Below are positions 12,150 to 25,337 of a DNA stretch of 64,000 nucleotides, piece after piece. The translations under genes were made by a program, and so were the position numbers. The notes under the pieces are model-generated. The model saw only the letters and a program-made list of their open reading frames with translations, was not told the origin of the DNA and did no database searches. The first letter of the stretch is position 1, and every line of letters starts with the position of its first letter. The DNA comes from Takakia lepidozioides (Eukaryota; Plantae; Bryophyta): positions 47,616,001 to 47,680,000 of the forward strand of contig CM060731.1 of the NCBI GenBank assembly GCA_030704615.1, in the 5' to 3' direction.

Positions 12150-13480
12150 CAAGTGTCAACTTTGAGAAGGAAGCTTGGGAGTCTCTTGGGCGGCACTAAT
12201 AAGACCCGATGCCTGGATTCTCTTGACCGAGTCAGCATATATAAGATCCTTGTTGAGACAGGATCCTTCCTGGCAGGATCCCTGTCGGTCTTCTTCAGTG
12301 CTTGTAGCCACCCACCTGTTCCTACCAGAGCTGATCCACATTGTGTGGGAGGGCTGAACTGTGAGGTTTGGAGGCTTTTTAGGAGGGTAAATATTGTACA
12401 AGCCCTTTTTCTAAAGGGTTGTTTCTATTCACAAAAGCTGAAAGGTCTCAAGTCTCAATCTATGAAACTAGAAATTATCTTTCATTCAACTATTGGGAAT
12501 GGAAAACTAGGCTGTGTATCTTATTGTTTGAACAGTCTTTAGCATTTAAAGATAATGATACATGTGACAGTAATCCGTTATTAGTGCTCACCGATCCAGG
12601 GTCATTAACGTTAGGTAGGCTCATTACACAGCCCTATGGGACAACAGATTGTCACAGTTTGGAAGGCTGTGAGTTCCCTACTTGAGAGGAGCAAAACAGG
12701 TGTTGAAGGGCATGACTCATGAGGGCGGTGCACCATTCAATTTCCACCCTGACACCTATCGTCTCCTTGGTTGCCTCACAAAAACAACCTTAGCTTGCTG
12801 GCATGTTTTAATGAATTGGTTCAGGAAGCTAAAATGGCGTGCATTGATCTTCACCCATAGCTTGCGGAGCCTGCATTCTTTTTTGAGTCCTGACCACTGA
12901 GATCTTTTAGCCTTGGCTACAGTGCTCTCGCACCTGTCAGAAACACACCTGAACAGAGAGACACACATGTGCGCGCATCTATTACGTAAGAACCTGTCTA
13001 GTCTCAGCAGTCTGTTATGAGTTATGACGCTATGAGTTATGACATAGAATGGGCACTGCACAAAAGTGTTTTCAAATTGCCAGTGACAACTGTGGTAGAG
13101 AGTACCTACCTACCTCTCCACCAGCAGCATGCAGCGCAAGACACCGATTGGGATGGCGAAGAGCCAACCTTTGCCATAATATCTCCCTCTCACATCTCTC
13201 CCAGCCTGCGAGTCCCAGGCCTTTTGTTACACAATAATGGCGAAAGCTGATGAAAGGAAGGACCGTGAAACTGCAGCAATCCTGTAGGAAAACACACACT
13301 GGAACGGACAACCGACCCACTGTCATCATGGCGTGGAATAAGGATAGCGATTTGGAGTTTTTATGTCCGAAGGGCCAAGGCATAGGGAACCTTCTTGTTG
13401 ATGGTCTGTTTAATGTGTCCCTCTGTGGCTGGTACAGTTTCGGCCACTGGGAATGCTGCACTTGCCCACTAGAATCCCGG
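12150..13480 (-). mobile_element. Possible highly decayed reverse-transcriptase relic (Penelope-like?)
   Basis: Frameshifted minus-strand fragments PFISFRH and Q-S-V-V-P-(I)-G-C-V-M-S resemble the RT motifs RPIIS and QxxGxPxGxxxS. No intact YxDD was seen. Confidence 0.25.
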
Positions 13481-14824
13481 ATTCTAGGAAAATTCTGATG
13501 TATGTACAGTGTACTGACATAGGAGCCGCACATTTTGGAATTTGGATTCAAGGAGGTTGCGTCATCATGTACTGATGCAGAGCATAGGTAGGTTGCTGCC
13601 AGAAATATAGACTACAAAGATAGTAGAGTACCCTGTAGTGTGGAATGCATTGGTACCGTGAGGCATAAGCATGAGACGAAAGCAATAAAGAGCCTTTTTT
13701 AATCATGTCCAAACTGGGCTATGTGTTCACACTATGGAGTCTAGATTTTCCAAGGCCATTCACACTGTTGCCGCGGGGTTTTTAACGACCTCTACAGTAA
13801 GGCGGCTTACCTCTCCTCACGACTCATAATCTGCCACCCCGAGTCTCACACCATAGATAGTAGTTGGCAGGCCAAGATTCCGAGCCTGTTCAATCAACAA
13901 CTGAGCTCTGTTTACTTAGTAGGGGTTAGGAGCTTGGAGGCTTACCTACAAATCAGACGAAATGCTTCAAAGTGTGAGAAGCAAAGCTCCAGCAGCGTCT
14001 GCAGGAGTTCTTGCAGTTGGGTTCGCACTGCTCATGTCCTCCACAACGGTATACAGCCCAGTCAAGTCTTCTCGTTCTTTGAGCACTGCAGCAGGCAATC
14101 CAGGTGTGACCATGTGTTTCTTGTGGACGGTCTAGCGGTGGGCGGGGATTGTTTAGCTCTAGATGAGGCCGCATGACAATGATCGAGAAGTTGAGAAGTT
14201 GAGGTCTATATATTGTATGTCGAAAACATGTTGCTAATTGACTGTAGTTAACACTTGTCACTGGATCCATGCGAACTCAAGATCGATGGAACCATTGAAA
14301 TCTTGGTACTTCGATATAGATTCAAGCTGGCGGGAGCCAGATAAATGTGCACACTTGGGGGAGCTCTAGATGTACTTTTTCTCTATAGATTTTGAGAGAA
14401 GAGAGACTCTTACTGGCTATTTTCAAGAGCCTTTACCTCCGCAGCGAATCCGCTTTCAAGAATGGAGCATAAGGTGACGACTGCCGTGGTATTGAATGAA
14501 TATGACGCTCTTCAGAAACGGAGAGACGCCTTCTTATACGCCGAGCAGCCTTAAACATCCCATTGAGTAACCAGTGGACCAGCGGACGGTACAAAGGCCA
14601 TCGAGGACTGATGGACTGTGCTTGTGTCTTTAGTGAGATAGAACTCAGGACCACCTAGTTCAGATGCACAGGTAGAGCACAAGCACCTCTAAGCTCACGT
14701 GCTCAAGAAAGAAACATATAGATTTGACTTTTGACGTGCAGTTGAACTTGTAAGTATTTCCTCCCGTTCAGAATCAAGAAGCTCAACGGATTGTACGTAA
14801 AGAGGCTGTCTTTGTGTTGCAGGA

Positions 14825-16811
14825 ATGGCGACAGAGAGAGGAACTCGACTGGTGGAAAGCGCAATTAAGGACATTGAAGTGGAGAAGATACAAGGCCCTG
14901 GGGACTCTGCTACTGCGCAAATGAGCTCCTTTTGGGAGGGTCAGGTGCGTAGCTACAGTGGACACAGTAACTCTTTAGACTGTGTGTACATGCATACGCT
15001 CATGCAACATGTGGAGAGACTCAGTGTCGAATTCAAGGCCCACTCTTACTAACATCAGTTGCTATTTAGACCACATGCCCAGGTAGGTTCCCGGCTGCTA
15101 CATGTAATTGCGGATAATCTACCATGATGAACAGGTGGTTCTTTAAAATTGGGAAATGAAAGAAGGGAGGATCTGTCACAACTTATTTCATTTCCTTAGT
15201 CTGGGTGAGATATTCTCTCGATGTCCTCACACTTTCAGGAGTTGACTTCAGAAAAAAAATTTGATCTGAAGGAAATTGACGAATTAAAAGTTTCATACTG
15301 CGATGATCAGAGTTGCCTGCAGAAATGAATGTTTACAAGCAAGGAATGTCTTGTTTTGTTGGAAATGCCCAGGTTGCAAGTTTCAATTGTTTGATGCTGA
15401 GACCAATGCTGCCCAGTAACCCTTTTGCCCCAATTCAAAGTAAAACTCTTGTGAGGGGTAGACGTAGGTACACGATATACGGAGCATATCAATCAATCTG
15501 GGTTCTGCTTATGCTCAATTTCTAGGCTCGTATGCCATTGATGGATTCCGTCCTTGCAGCTAACTTCGGCCAGGGGGATTCAAAGTTTGCTATCATTGAC
15601 ATACACGCGGTTGTTTGGCTACAGCCGGTGGTGATTCACGTGCTTCGGAGATTTGGCTGCCAGCTTTGTCGGGGTCACGCCGTTGAGCTGTCCAAAATTA
15701 TTCCGCAGTTGGAGGCCAACAACGTCAGGGTTGTTGGTATTGGTACGTTACCGGGCGTGTTTTATTTCTCATCGTGGATTGTTGATGGTGATTCACGTAA
15801 CTGACCGAAAGTAGAAGAGAGAGAGAACTGACATACACCGGAGAAAGTGGGAACGATTGGAGGTCGGGGGAAGAGGAGTGATAGCGAGGGTGATCAGAAG
15901 GAAGATGCATGCTTTCAACAGCCTTGCAGCCATACAATAAGCTACAGTAGCACAAAGCAGAAAGGTGGGGCAAGGGGTAGAATATCTGAGGTCCAGTTAG
16001 GACAACATAAATGGGAAACGTGGGGCGTGAACAAGTGTGACCTGTGTAAACAACTCGTCTCGGAAAGTTGTAGTGATCCATATTATGTGTGGGTGCAGGT
16101 ATTCAGAAGCTGGGCTTGGAGGAGTTTCAGGATGGTGGCTATTGGAAGAGTGAGCTTTATATTGACAATGGCAAGAAGATCCACAAATCATTGGAACTCA
16201 GGTCTGTGGGCGTTCTAAGCTCGGTCAAGATGCTGTTGGCGAACAAGGAGGTGAAGGAAGCAATCCAGAAGACTAAAGACACTCCAGGCAACTTCAAGGG
16301 TGATGGCAGGTTTGGACTTCACGGATACCTTCCTTTCTCCATTTCAAATTCCAACTGTAATCTGTCTCTCGTCGCTCGTTAAAGGCACATTCTTTTCTAC
16401 TTCCTCTGCTGCAAGACCCAATATCTGAACAGTCGGTTGTCTGAACCTGTACCTTCTCTTCCCAACTGCCTTAACGGCTCTCTTGCTTTGTGCCCCCACG
16501 AGAATGCCAGTTGTCATGTGCGCTCCATTTTGACCAATCAGCAACTGGTAGGAAAGCAGGATAAGACAGAACTGTGAGCAGGGTTAGTTAAGACAGAAGT
16601 TTTGAGGAACATTCCAGTTTATCGTTTGCGATGGAGGACGTGCATTGAAAGGCTGGGGTACATGTGGTGTTGCAGACAACTTGGAGCCACATTTGTACTG
16701 GCAAAGGGCGGCGAGACCCTCCTCGATTTTCGTCAGCGCAACTTTGGAGATCAGCCTTCGAACGCCGCCATTCTTGAGGCGCTCGGCCTGCGCGACAGCG
16801 ATGGCAGCTAA
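14825..16811 (+). CDS. Peroxiredoxin-like 2 / AhpC-TSA_2 (prostamide/PGF synthase-like) thioredoxin-fold protein, 4 exons (~14825-14944, 15625-15742, 16099-16309, 16676-16811)
   Basis: Motifs SSFWEGQPVVIHVLRRFGCQLCR (CxxC), GLEEFQDGGYW..LYID, GNFKGDGRQLGATFVL and RQRNFGDQPS. Boundaries are GT-AG. Confidence 0.9.
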
Positions 16812-19800
16812 GTTAGAAGGGCTTGAATGCAGTTGACAAGTGTGTACCTAGTTGGAGTGGGTCTTTCGAGTGGGGTGTTTTGACATGGCTGCTATAGTGG
16901 GTTACCTGCTTTTCACCATGTTTTTTTGACATTCCATATGACCAATACGTTTTCTCAATCAAATAGACTGTGACCCAGTCAGTACTGATGCAAACTCTTT
17001 TTTCTTTCTTCTCTTGAAAAAAGAAAGAAAGTTTTAGACTGTGATCGGTTATCCCTTATCAGCCTGTATGGCACTTTTTTAAGAGGTTATTGTTTCCTCT
17101 ATGTATCTTTTGGACATTTGGGTCTAGTATCTATAAAGTTCGGAGGCTACTATACCTCTTTTTCTTAAGGAAGAAAAAGAACAAACAAACAAACAAACAA
17201 ACAAAAACTACATAATGAGTCTACGACTGGGGGTTTTTTTTTTTTCTCTGACTTTAGCTAATAGATTTGTCTTACAGATGTTCGGTCTTGATTGGTGTGG
17301 AGAATTTTGTGTACAAGGTTGAAGTGAGTGAGCCATGAGAGGCCACTCTTTCTCGTTATATAAAAGGAAAAGTTTGACACTGAAGGGATTGTAAATTATT
17401 CTTAGTTGAAAATTGTATGTGCTATTGACCAACCAACATTTAGTCTAGTGGTAAGGGCATAAACTTTTTACTTGTGGTTGTGGGATGTCACCTGTTGGAT
17501 GTAATTAGGGTGTCCACCTTCTGCCGGAATGTAGCACTAGCCCCTCAAGGTCAAATAGCACCATCATCTATGCTTGCTTTGGCAACACCTCACATTTTTA
17601 TTGGTCGGGCGGAGACTACTCAATGGTTTCTCCTGGTTGTCATGGGACCAGCTTTTAGGGACCAAAGTTTTTGGATGATTGTCATCTATTTGACACCCAT
17701 TTTGGTTTTGGATGAAATGTATTTGTTGCTATTGTAAGATAATGTCAACGTGGTGCTTATTTGCTGCATGTTGGAATGGTAGGCATTATAGTTTTTTTTC
17801 TGCAACGTTTTGGCCATGGATTGTTCTTTGGTCTAGAATGAGCAAAGCAGGAAAGGGAGAACTGATTCGATCTTGCAAAGGAAACCTATTGAGCCTTAGA
17901 GTGGATTCGTCTTGAAGGTATTTCACACCTTGTACAAGGGTCTAGCCTAGCATAGCTGGAACAGGTGATCATCAATTACACCTTTTTCATGTAACATGAA
18001 TTTACGAATTGGTACATGTTCGCAAATAAAAGATACATGGACCATATTGCTTTAGCCACCTAGGGGTTCTTCGGGGTGATTGGGAAGCTCTTGCATATTA
18101 CTGAGAGCTATGGGCAAGCGCGAGTTGATAGGCATGTTGATGTTGCTAGAGGTTTGAATTCACCAGAACTAATGAGCAGTACAGATAAATGTGTCTTTTA
18201 ATCCTAAACTGCATTATCTCAAGGCTCGCATAGCAAGAGGGCAAGGCTCACATGTATCATGCATTTGTTTATATGTGCGAGTGCCCAAATCTCCCCTATG
18301 CACTCCCCATATGCATGACTCAAACATATGTAACAGGTCAATCTATTATGGCCCATTATGCCCCATTGTAGCTAATTTGGCTATAATGGGTGACACCAAC
18401 AACCAACATTTTGCCCAATTGTAAGAGTCAAGCTGCATCGCTACTGGTTCTTGGTTCCAAACAACATCTTGGATGTCATAAATGTGTCCACCTTCCCACC
18501 GGTAAGCAGTTAGCCTTTCGGAGTCAAATGACAACATAAGTTACATTTGTATCAACAATGCATTCTTTTTCTTTCTCTTTTTTTCCATTTTTAGGTGGCA
18601 CCGTACATACAACTTTATGGTTTTGAACTTGTAACGAACACAAACAATAGCTAGCCAAGAAGACAAACTAACAGAAAATCTAAGGCCACCTAACATTTGT
18701 TCCAAAGTGCCTAAACGTTATGGTATGCTTTGAGCTTGGAGCCGCGAGCACTAGTTGATATCCTCTTCTTGTTGTAGTTTGTCACATGTGCAACTTAGTT
18801 GTGTCCTAATTATTGATATAGGATTCTAGTGAGCTATGAATCTCAAACATCTATAATCAATTAGACTAATTCCAAATTTCTCAAAATCCAGCCTTCCGCC
18901 CATCTCCACTTTGGCAGTTCATTACAACTCTACCTACGACTACCAACTAGCTAAGAATGTTGTCTATCTGCTCTACAAACTTGATTGCATACTTGATTTG
19001 AATAATTAAAACAGTCTATAATTTGTTGAAACCATGATTTGTATATAATCACATAATTATAACTACCGTACTTGCGTACGCTGTCCGATGATAATTCAAT
19101 GCAAAAACGGACTGCCAAAAAATTTAAAATGGAGCCCTTCCAGGGCCGAATGTCACACATATTCAAATAGAAGACATGCCCTACCAAATTCTCATGTGAT
19201 ACCACTACGCTAGCCACATATACATGCAATTTTAATGCTTTTTCATTAATTATGATGATCATTGCGGGAACTGCAGAAATTCCAAAAAGTCTGATGGACC
19301 CTTCTTCAAGAAAAATTAATAAGTCCAGCAAGGTCCTAACCAGTGTTGTACTGATATGTGCCAGTCGGCCGGGGTATGTGCACTGGTATGAGTAAGGGTA
19401 TTGTAGAACATACCAGTTGGGTATGTCTTGAGGATTGATGAACCCAAGCTAACATGGGTATGTGTAATGATACAATTTTTTTGTGCTTATCCTCATTCAT
19501 ATTTGTGCAATATAAAAAAAGCACTATATCTTTGGGCTCCCAGCTGCTGGCATCATATATCCTAACCACTACAACATGGATCACCATAATATAACCATGT
19601 ACCAAAAATATATATTTATAAATAACAACAGGGTTTGTGGGTACAAATATAAAAGACATGTAAAAATAACATGAAGTTAACCTTAAAATACCATAATATA
19701 TAATGAAATTGTCGAAGATACCCTCCATTAAAAATAGAACCATACCGTTGACTATACTGCCCCAATATGTCATTTGTACAGTATATTAGAAGATCTTATA

Positions 19801-21430
19801 TTAGGCAAACCCCAATATGAATAATAACTGAACAAATCGAGTATATAATGATTTCTGAGCTGATGAAGCTTTTACTTTGTCACATATCAAGTGACCTTTG
19901 CCATTAATTGATTGTTTATAAACCTTTTCTGATAGCTGATTGCTTATTGCTTATGGCTAATATATAAAGATACGAACTAATTTTACGCAAAATAAAACTC
20001 ATTATATGTCACAAAAGTCAATTGTCCAAAAACATTTGTAGATGGTCGAAATTATAAAATAGTTTAAACTTGTTATTATAAACGTATTTTGAAAAACTAA
20101 AGAAGTCAAGCATGACATGAAAAATTCATCTAACTACACTTCGTTTATATGCCACCATAAACAAAGATAATTAATATCAATGACACATACACCTCTAATC
20201 AGCTTGAAGCTACTTTGCGGAACAAGTTTATTAAAATGAATATTCAAATCTTAAATTTGCTTGTATTAAAATAACTTTTTTCGAGTTGTAAACCAAATTG
20301 TTAAATAAGAACTGACAACTAATCTATACATACATTAAAAGTAGATAGAATGACATTATCTAAACTCTATCTCGGAGAGAGATGCCCACTTTATATACGA
20401 GTTGGTTCCCGATAGGGAAAATGACATCAAATCATGTGTTGGACAGTGCAACATGGCCAAACAGTGCTAATATTAAAACAAGACCACAGGCCTCAAAATC
20501 AGCCACGTTTCTCCACATTTTTAGCATTTAGTATGTTGCAAACCGAGAGCTATTTGTTGGATTCTTGGTTGCAACATCTAGAACACTAGCATAATCCATT
20601 TACGGCTCGTTGTACTCCAAGTACCCAAGATAAATTGGGCCGTTTCTAATTTCCGGACCATCGTCGAATCTTCACACCTCATTCAAACCTGGGGCCCTTA
20701 TTTAGTCCTCCCTGCTTCCAATCTTGGCACTCTAAATAGAGTCATTTTGGGAGAGAAACAGAGGAAGCATTGAGAATGGTGTGGTACATGATTGAAGATT
20801 CTATGCACATTCTCAAGCAAGGATCTTCCTCTACATATTTTGTGGTATGTTTATAAGTCACCTAAACAATTGTTCTTTGGTGTTTAAAATACAATTGTAT
20901 TTGTCATTTCCCTCCATTTTATCTGAAGCACACTATCCAAATATATGTTGTATCTCCCTCATCTCCATAAAATTCACCATTGTCTTCAGCACAAACGATA
21001 GTCATCTAATATATGAAGTTTTCGAAACCCAGAACAGAAAAACCTTTATTAAGGCTAAGAAGAAAGGTGCGCAAAACTAGACACCCAATTTATCTGGAGA
21101 TTTGTTCGTGGATGGTCCTTGTGGGACCCACAAAAGGAAAACTGAAAGTGCTTTCGTAACATGAGCACATTGCGAATGATGCCAAATGCAACAGGGCCTT
21201 GGGTTTACAAGGACATCCACTTCATCACATTGTGTAACATGGACAAACCAATCAACTTTTTACCATTCCAGAAACTGAAAGTCAACGACCCTGTCGACTC
21301 TTCAGGTGCTCGTTGAACAATAACAGACACCATTTCGTATTTCTTTTAGAGCAGTTGGTGAAGTAATTTGGATTTTGGGTTAGACTACCGAGAAGTCGCT
21401 AAAGAAAGATCTAGAGAGTAGGATCGGCTT

Positions 21431-22904
21431 TATCGCGCACCTCCCTTCGGTAAACTCCCCTTCAAGTCATAATTACTCGTTTTGATGTGCGCGCCTAACT
21501 CCCAAACTGGCCGCCGGGCCAACTCGGAGCTTCGGTTGCTCACCGGGACATAACGGTCCCCCCTTTGCCCCTCCACGAGACCCTCGCACACTTGGGGTTA
21601 CTACTCCCTATATATACTTCTGTGACTGTCCGCAGGGGTTTCACAAACAACACAGTCTTTTTATGGCGAACCACCACGAAGACCCTTTATTCCCGGTGAG
21701 TCTTGGTCAGCCACCATGGCCCCAATGGACCGTGATGAGTCCCAAGACTCTCCACGATTCCCACCACAAGGTCTCAGCCCCATGGTGAGTCCTATGCCAC
21801 CCCCACTAAGACCCATTAAGCTACCACCACCCCTCGTGGAACCATCCCCACCGCAACCCGGTGTGCGGGGCTCCACCTAGTGAGCGTCTCCGCCTCCTTG
21901 AGTGCCTTGGGCACTCAAGGGTGCTTCAGCCCCCATACCTGTTGTTGCTCAAGGTGATGCCAAAAGCGGCATCATGAGCGGTCGCAAGCAATGTTGTTGC
22001 AGTAAGGCGATTCGATCCTCGAGGAGCACCAACGGGCTTGCACCGTTCTCGGGGTTACTACTCCCTATATGTACTTCTGTGTCGCGGTGAGTCTTGGCCC
22101 ACTCACCACGGCCCCTATGGACCGTGATGAGTCCCAAGACTCCCTACGACTCCCACCACGAGGTCTCCGCCCCAGGGTGAGTCCTATGTCACCCCCACTA
22201 AGTCCCGCTAAGCTACCACCACCCCTTGTGGAACCACCCCCACCGCAACCCGGTGTGCGGGGCTCCACCTAGTGAGCGCCTCCGCCTCCTTGAGTGCTTT
22301 GGGCACTCAAGGGTGCTTCAGCCCCCCCATACCTATCGCTGCCACTGCCCCCCACCACAGGGGCAGCCCCTCTTGTGTCCCGACCCCCTGCCCTCAAGGC
22401 AAAGGGCCGCGACACACATCCCTACCAACAGGGAGTCGATGTCCTCATCGGCTTGTACATTTTGTGGAAACGAACATCCAAGTTGTGGCGTCCCACATCA
22501 AGGAGTTTGTTTCCGTACCATGGCGTCCCATGGCAAAGAACCAAACCCCACACTTGACTCTACTCTCCACTAGCTAGTTCGGCCGACTTCCTCCAAGTCC
22601 CGGCCAAGGGTGGAGCCTCGCAAGCTCCTCCTAGTGCATTCTTCTTGGCCTACTTCAAGGCTAAGCGAGCGAGCCGGAAAGCGACCAAAGAGTGGGGAGC
22701 TGTTCCGGACTGCCAACTACCAAAAAGAATTCCGCTGGTTCTAAATCGTTGGAGGGTTCTTTGGGAGATCAAGGGGGACCGTTATGTCCCGGTGAGCAGC
22801 CGAAGCTCCAAGTTGGCCCGGCGGCCAGGTTGGGAGTTAGGCGCGCGCATCAAGCGAATAACTATGACTTGAGGGGGGAGCTTACCGAAGTGAGGTGCGC
22901 GACA
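21431..22904. mobile_element. Non-autonomous element with ~130-bp terminal inverted repeats
   Basis: 21431-21563 is the reverse complement, with few mismatches, of ~22773-22904. Ends are TATCGCGCAC / GTGCGCGACA and both are flanked by CTT(T). There is an internal ~245-bp direct duplication. Confidence 0.85.
21695..22334. repeat. Direct duplication (~21695-21940 and ~22086-22334) inside the TIR element
   Basis: Both copies run GGTGAGTCTTGG...GGGCTCCACCTAGTGAGCG...CCTTGAGTGC(C/T)TTGGGCACTCAAGGG...CCCCCATACCT. Confidence 0.9.
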
Positions 22905-23271
22905 CTTTGGATGTGGTTGTGGGTTCAAACCACGATCTGGTGTGTCATGAAGGTGTCCACCTTTCAGCTGGAAGGCAGTAGCCCGTGAAGAGACACCATA
23001 ATTTACGCTCCCTTTGGGAGGCGTCTATATATATATGTATATATACCACCTTCCCTTACCTTCATCTTTCTCACCCAACATTTTTTTTTTTGGGTGTTTT
23101 TTTTATAAAATTTGAACACGGATCAGCGCCCTGGGTTTGAATTTTATTAGGAGGGAAAAAAATTAAAACCCTCGGTTTCGCCATGAGGCCAACATTTGAG
23201 ATTGATTAGGACGGACGGTCACGATCTTTTGAGGAAACTCGTATGAATTTCTATACTTAGTCAAGAGTTGG

Positions 23272-23528
23272 TCCTTCAAACTACATGGTTCCGTTCTTGG
23301 TTGCTATACCAACAATCTCCGGCCATAATCAACGCCACTTAGATGCCATGTCATTCCTCCAAACTACATGGGTTCATTTCTTGGTAGCTATACCAACAAC
23401 CTCCGGCCATAATCAACGCCACTTAGACGCCATGTCATTCCTCCAAACTACATGGGTTTCTTTCTTGGTCGCTATACCAACAATCTCCCGCTATAATCAA
23501 TGCCACTTAGACGCCATGTCATTCCAAA
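23272..23528. repeat. 84-bp tandem repeat, 3 copies
   Basis: Unit CCAAACTACATGG..TTCTTGG..GCTATACCAACAA.CTCCGGCCATAATCAACGCCACTTAGA.GCCATGTCATT, with units starting at ~23356 and ~23440. Confidence 0.92.
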
Positions 23529-23736
23529 CTTTCTTGGCCCGGTCCCTAGTGTATAAAGCCAATATGACCAAGAAACTGCCCTCAACCAAATAGATCATTG
23601 CATTCTTGGTCTTGGCCTGTAGTCTAAAAGTGGGCCTCAGACTCTGTACACTAAACAAAGCTTGTCTGAAGGCTATCATTCAATGCGTAGTATAGTCTAG
23701 TATGAGAGACGGCTCAGCTTCCTTGTCTCTGTGGAC

Positions 23737-25337
23737 ATGCGTCGGCACAGCAAGCGAGAGCAAGCTCCATCGTCGGGGAGCGATGGGTCTGCGCCTGCCA
23801 AGCCCAGCGTGCCGGGCTCCATCCGCTCTCTTCCGAATTCCTCCATCGCCATCGCGGTCCATGCCAAACCTGGCTCCAAGTTGTCGGCCATCACTGGTAT
23901 CCGTCCCTCTATACGTGCTTGTGGATGCCGTCTCTGTGGGCTGGGTTGATTGTTTTCATGAATTACAGCGACCTTTTGACGAGTCTGCCTTCATGGGTTT
24001 CCCTCACTGCGCCAAGTGGGTTGTTAATTGCTCGATGTCCAGCGGTGGAAATTTACTGAGAAGATCTAGGTTCAGCGAGGGAGTAGTCTTCAGATATGGC
24101 TGATTAGACTACAATGTTCTCTGGGCGTCATGAAATTCCCTGGAGACTATTTTCCAAATCTGGAAAACTACCGTGAATTTGTCCATTTTTCTTGGCGGAA
24201 GAGCGGGGACAGATTCAAAGCGTGCTTGTCGTATTCCTGTTTCCTCCGGAGTCTGGCCAGTGCGTAGTGGTAGACAAAGGTGGGCGGAGGACGGGAGGAA
24301 CCAAGTAAGATATAGAAGGCTCCTTATGCTGCAGCAATGTCCTTGTTTTCTACGTACTTTTTTTGATTTTTTTTCAAATTCGAGGATAGCAAAAGATGGG
24401 TGCGACACTGAAGAACTTGAGTTCCATTCAAGGCTTGAGAATTGTTGGTGGTGGTTGTTGCTCATGCCTTCCAGACATAGGAGAGGAGGCTGTTGGAGTT
24501 CAGATTGATGCCCCAGCGCGCGAGGGCGAGGCCAACGCTGCTCTGCTCGACTTCATGGCAGAGGTGAGGCTCCAATCATCACTGTTTGTGCTTTAGCTTG
24601 GCTAGGGTTAGGGATAGCCCTGAATAGCAATATGTACTTCACCCTTGGTTCACTAAAAGGAACATGTAACTCTAGAGTTTAGAAGGTGGGGCTCAAAAAG
24701 CAGTTTGGCCTGCTTGAACTTTGAATAATATTTAAGGGTTACTTCTGATTGAAATGATTGGTGGTATAGGCTTTGGGGTTCTTCAGAATTTCTTTCCTGG
24801 TATCCGCACCAAAGGGATCTCTTTTTCCCTCCTTCTCTGCACCTGCAGAATCTCTGTGACATTGCTATAGCACTGCCGAGTATATTCTTTTTTATCTACA
24901 CAACCACTGGACCCACATTTTCTACTACAAAGAGTTGTTCTGGTGGCGACCTTCTTGGATCTAGGGGAATTTACCATCAACAAAGATAGGTTGCACTGCT
25001 GTTGTTTATATCACGGTAATCCCACTGTTGGAGTGAACCCCTCACAAAGGTATTGTTTGTTCCGCCCAAAGTGGGCACAAAGACTATGGCTACAAGGCCA
25101 CGGCAAACAAAGTACATTGCGAGCGCGTGCCTTGACATGTTTCTTCAACAAACCTCTATTTCTTCTGTCGTCCGTTCTTGTGCATGCCCTCTCATAAGTT
25201 TAGTGATGCAGGTGGTGGGGGTGAAAAGATGGCAAGTGTCATTAGGTGCAGGTTCACGCTCAAGAGAGAAATTGGTTATTGTCGAAGGTGTGTCAGTTGA
25301 CTGTGTCTTCAATGCCCTCTGTAAAGCCTGCAGCTAG
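23737..25337 (+). CDS. DUF167 / UPF0235 (YggU-like) protein, 3 exons (23737-23896, 24475-24563, 25212-25337)
   Basis: [15 protein letters not shown]|[30 protein letters not shown]|[22 protein letters not shown]. Boundaries are GT-AG. Confidence 0.92.

Noticed and set aside
17400-21300. AT-rich block with short ORFs (18951-19773 etc.)
   Set aside because: No recognisable motifs, termini or TSDs. It is probably old TE debris but cannot be classified by eye.
23285-23593. 102-aa repeat protein ORF
   Set aside because: It is a by-product of an 84-bp (multiple of 3) tandem repeat, with no domain or splice support.
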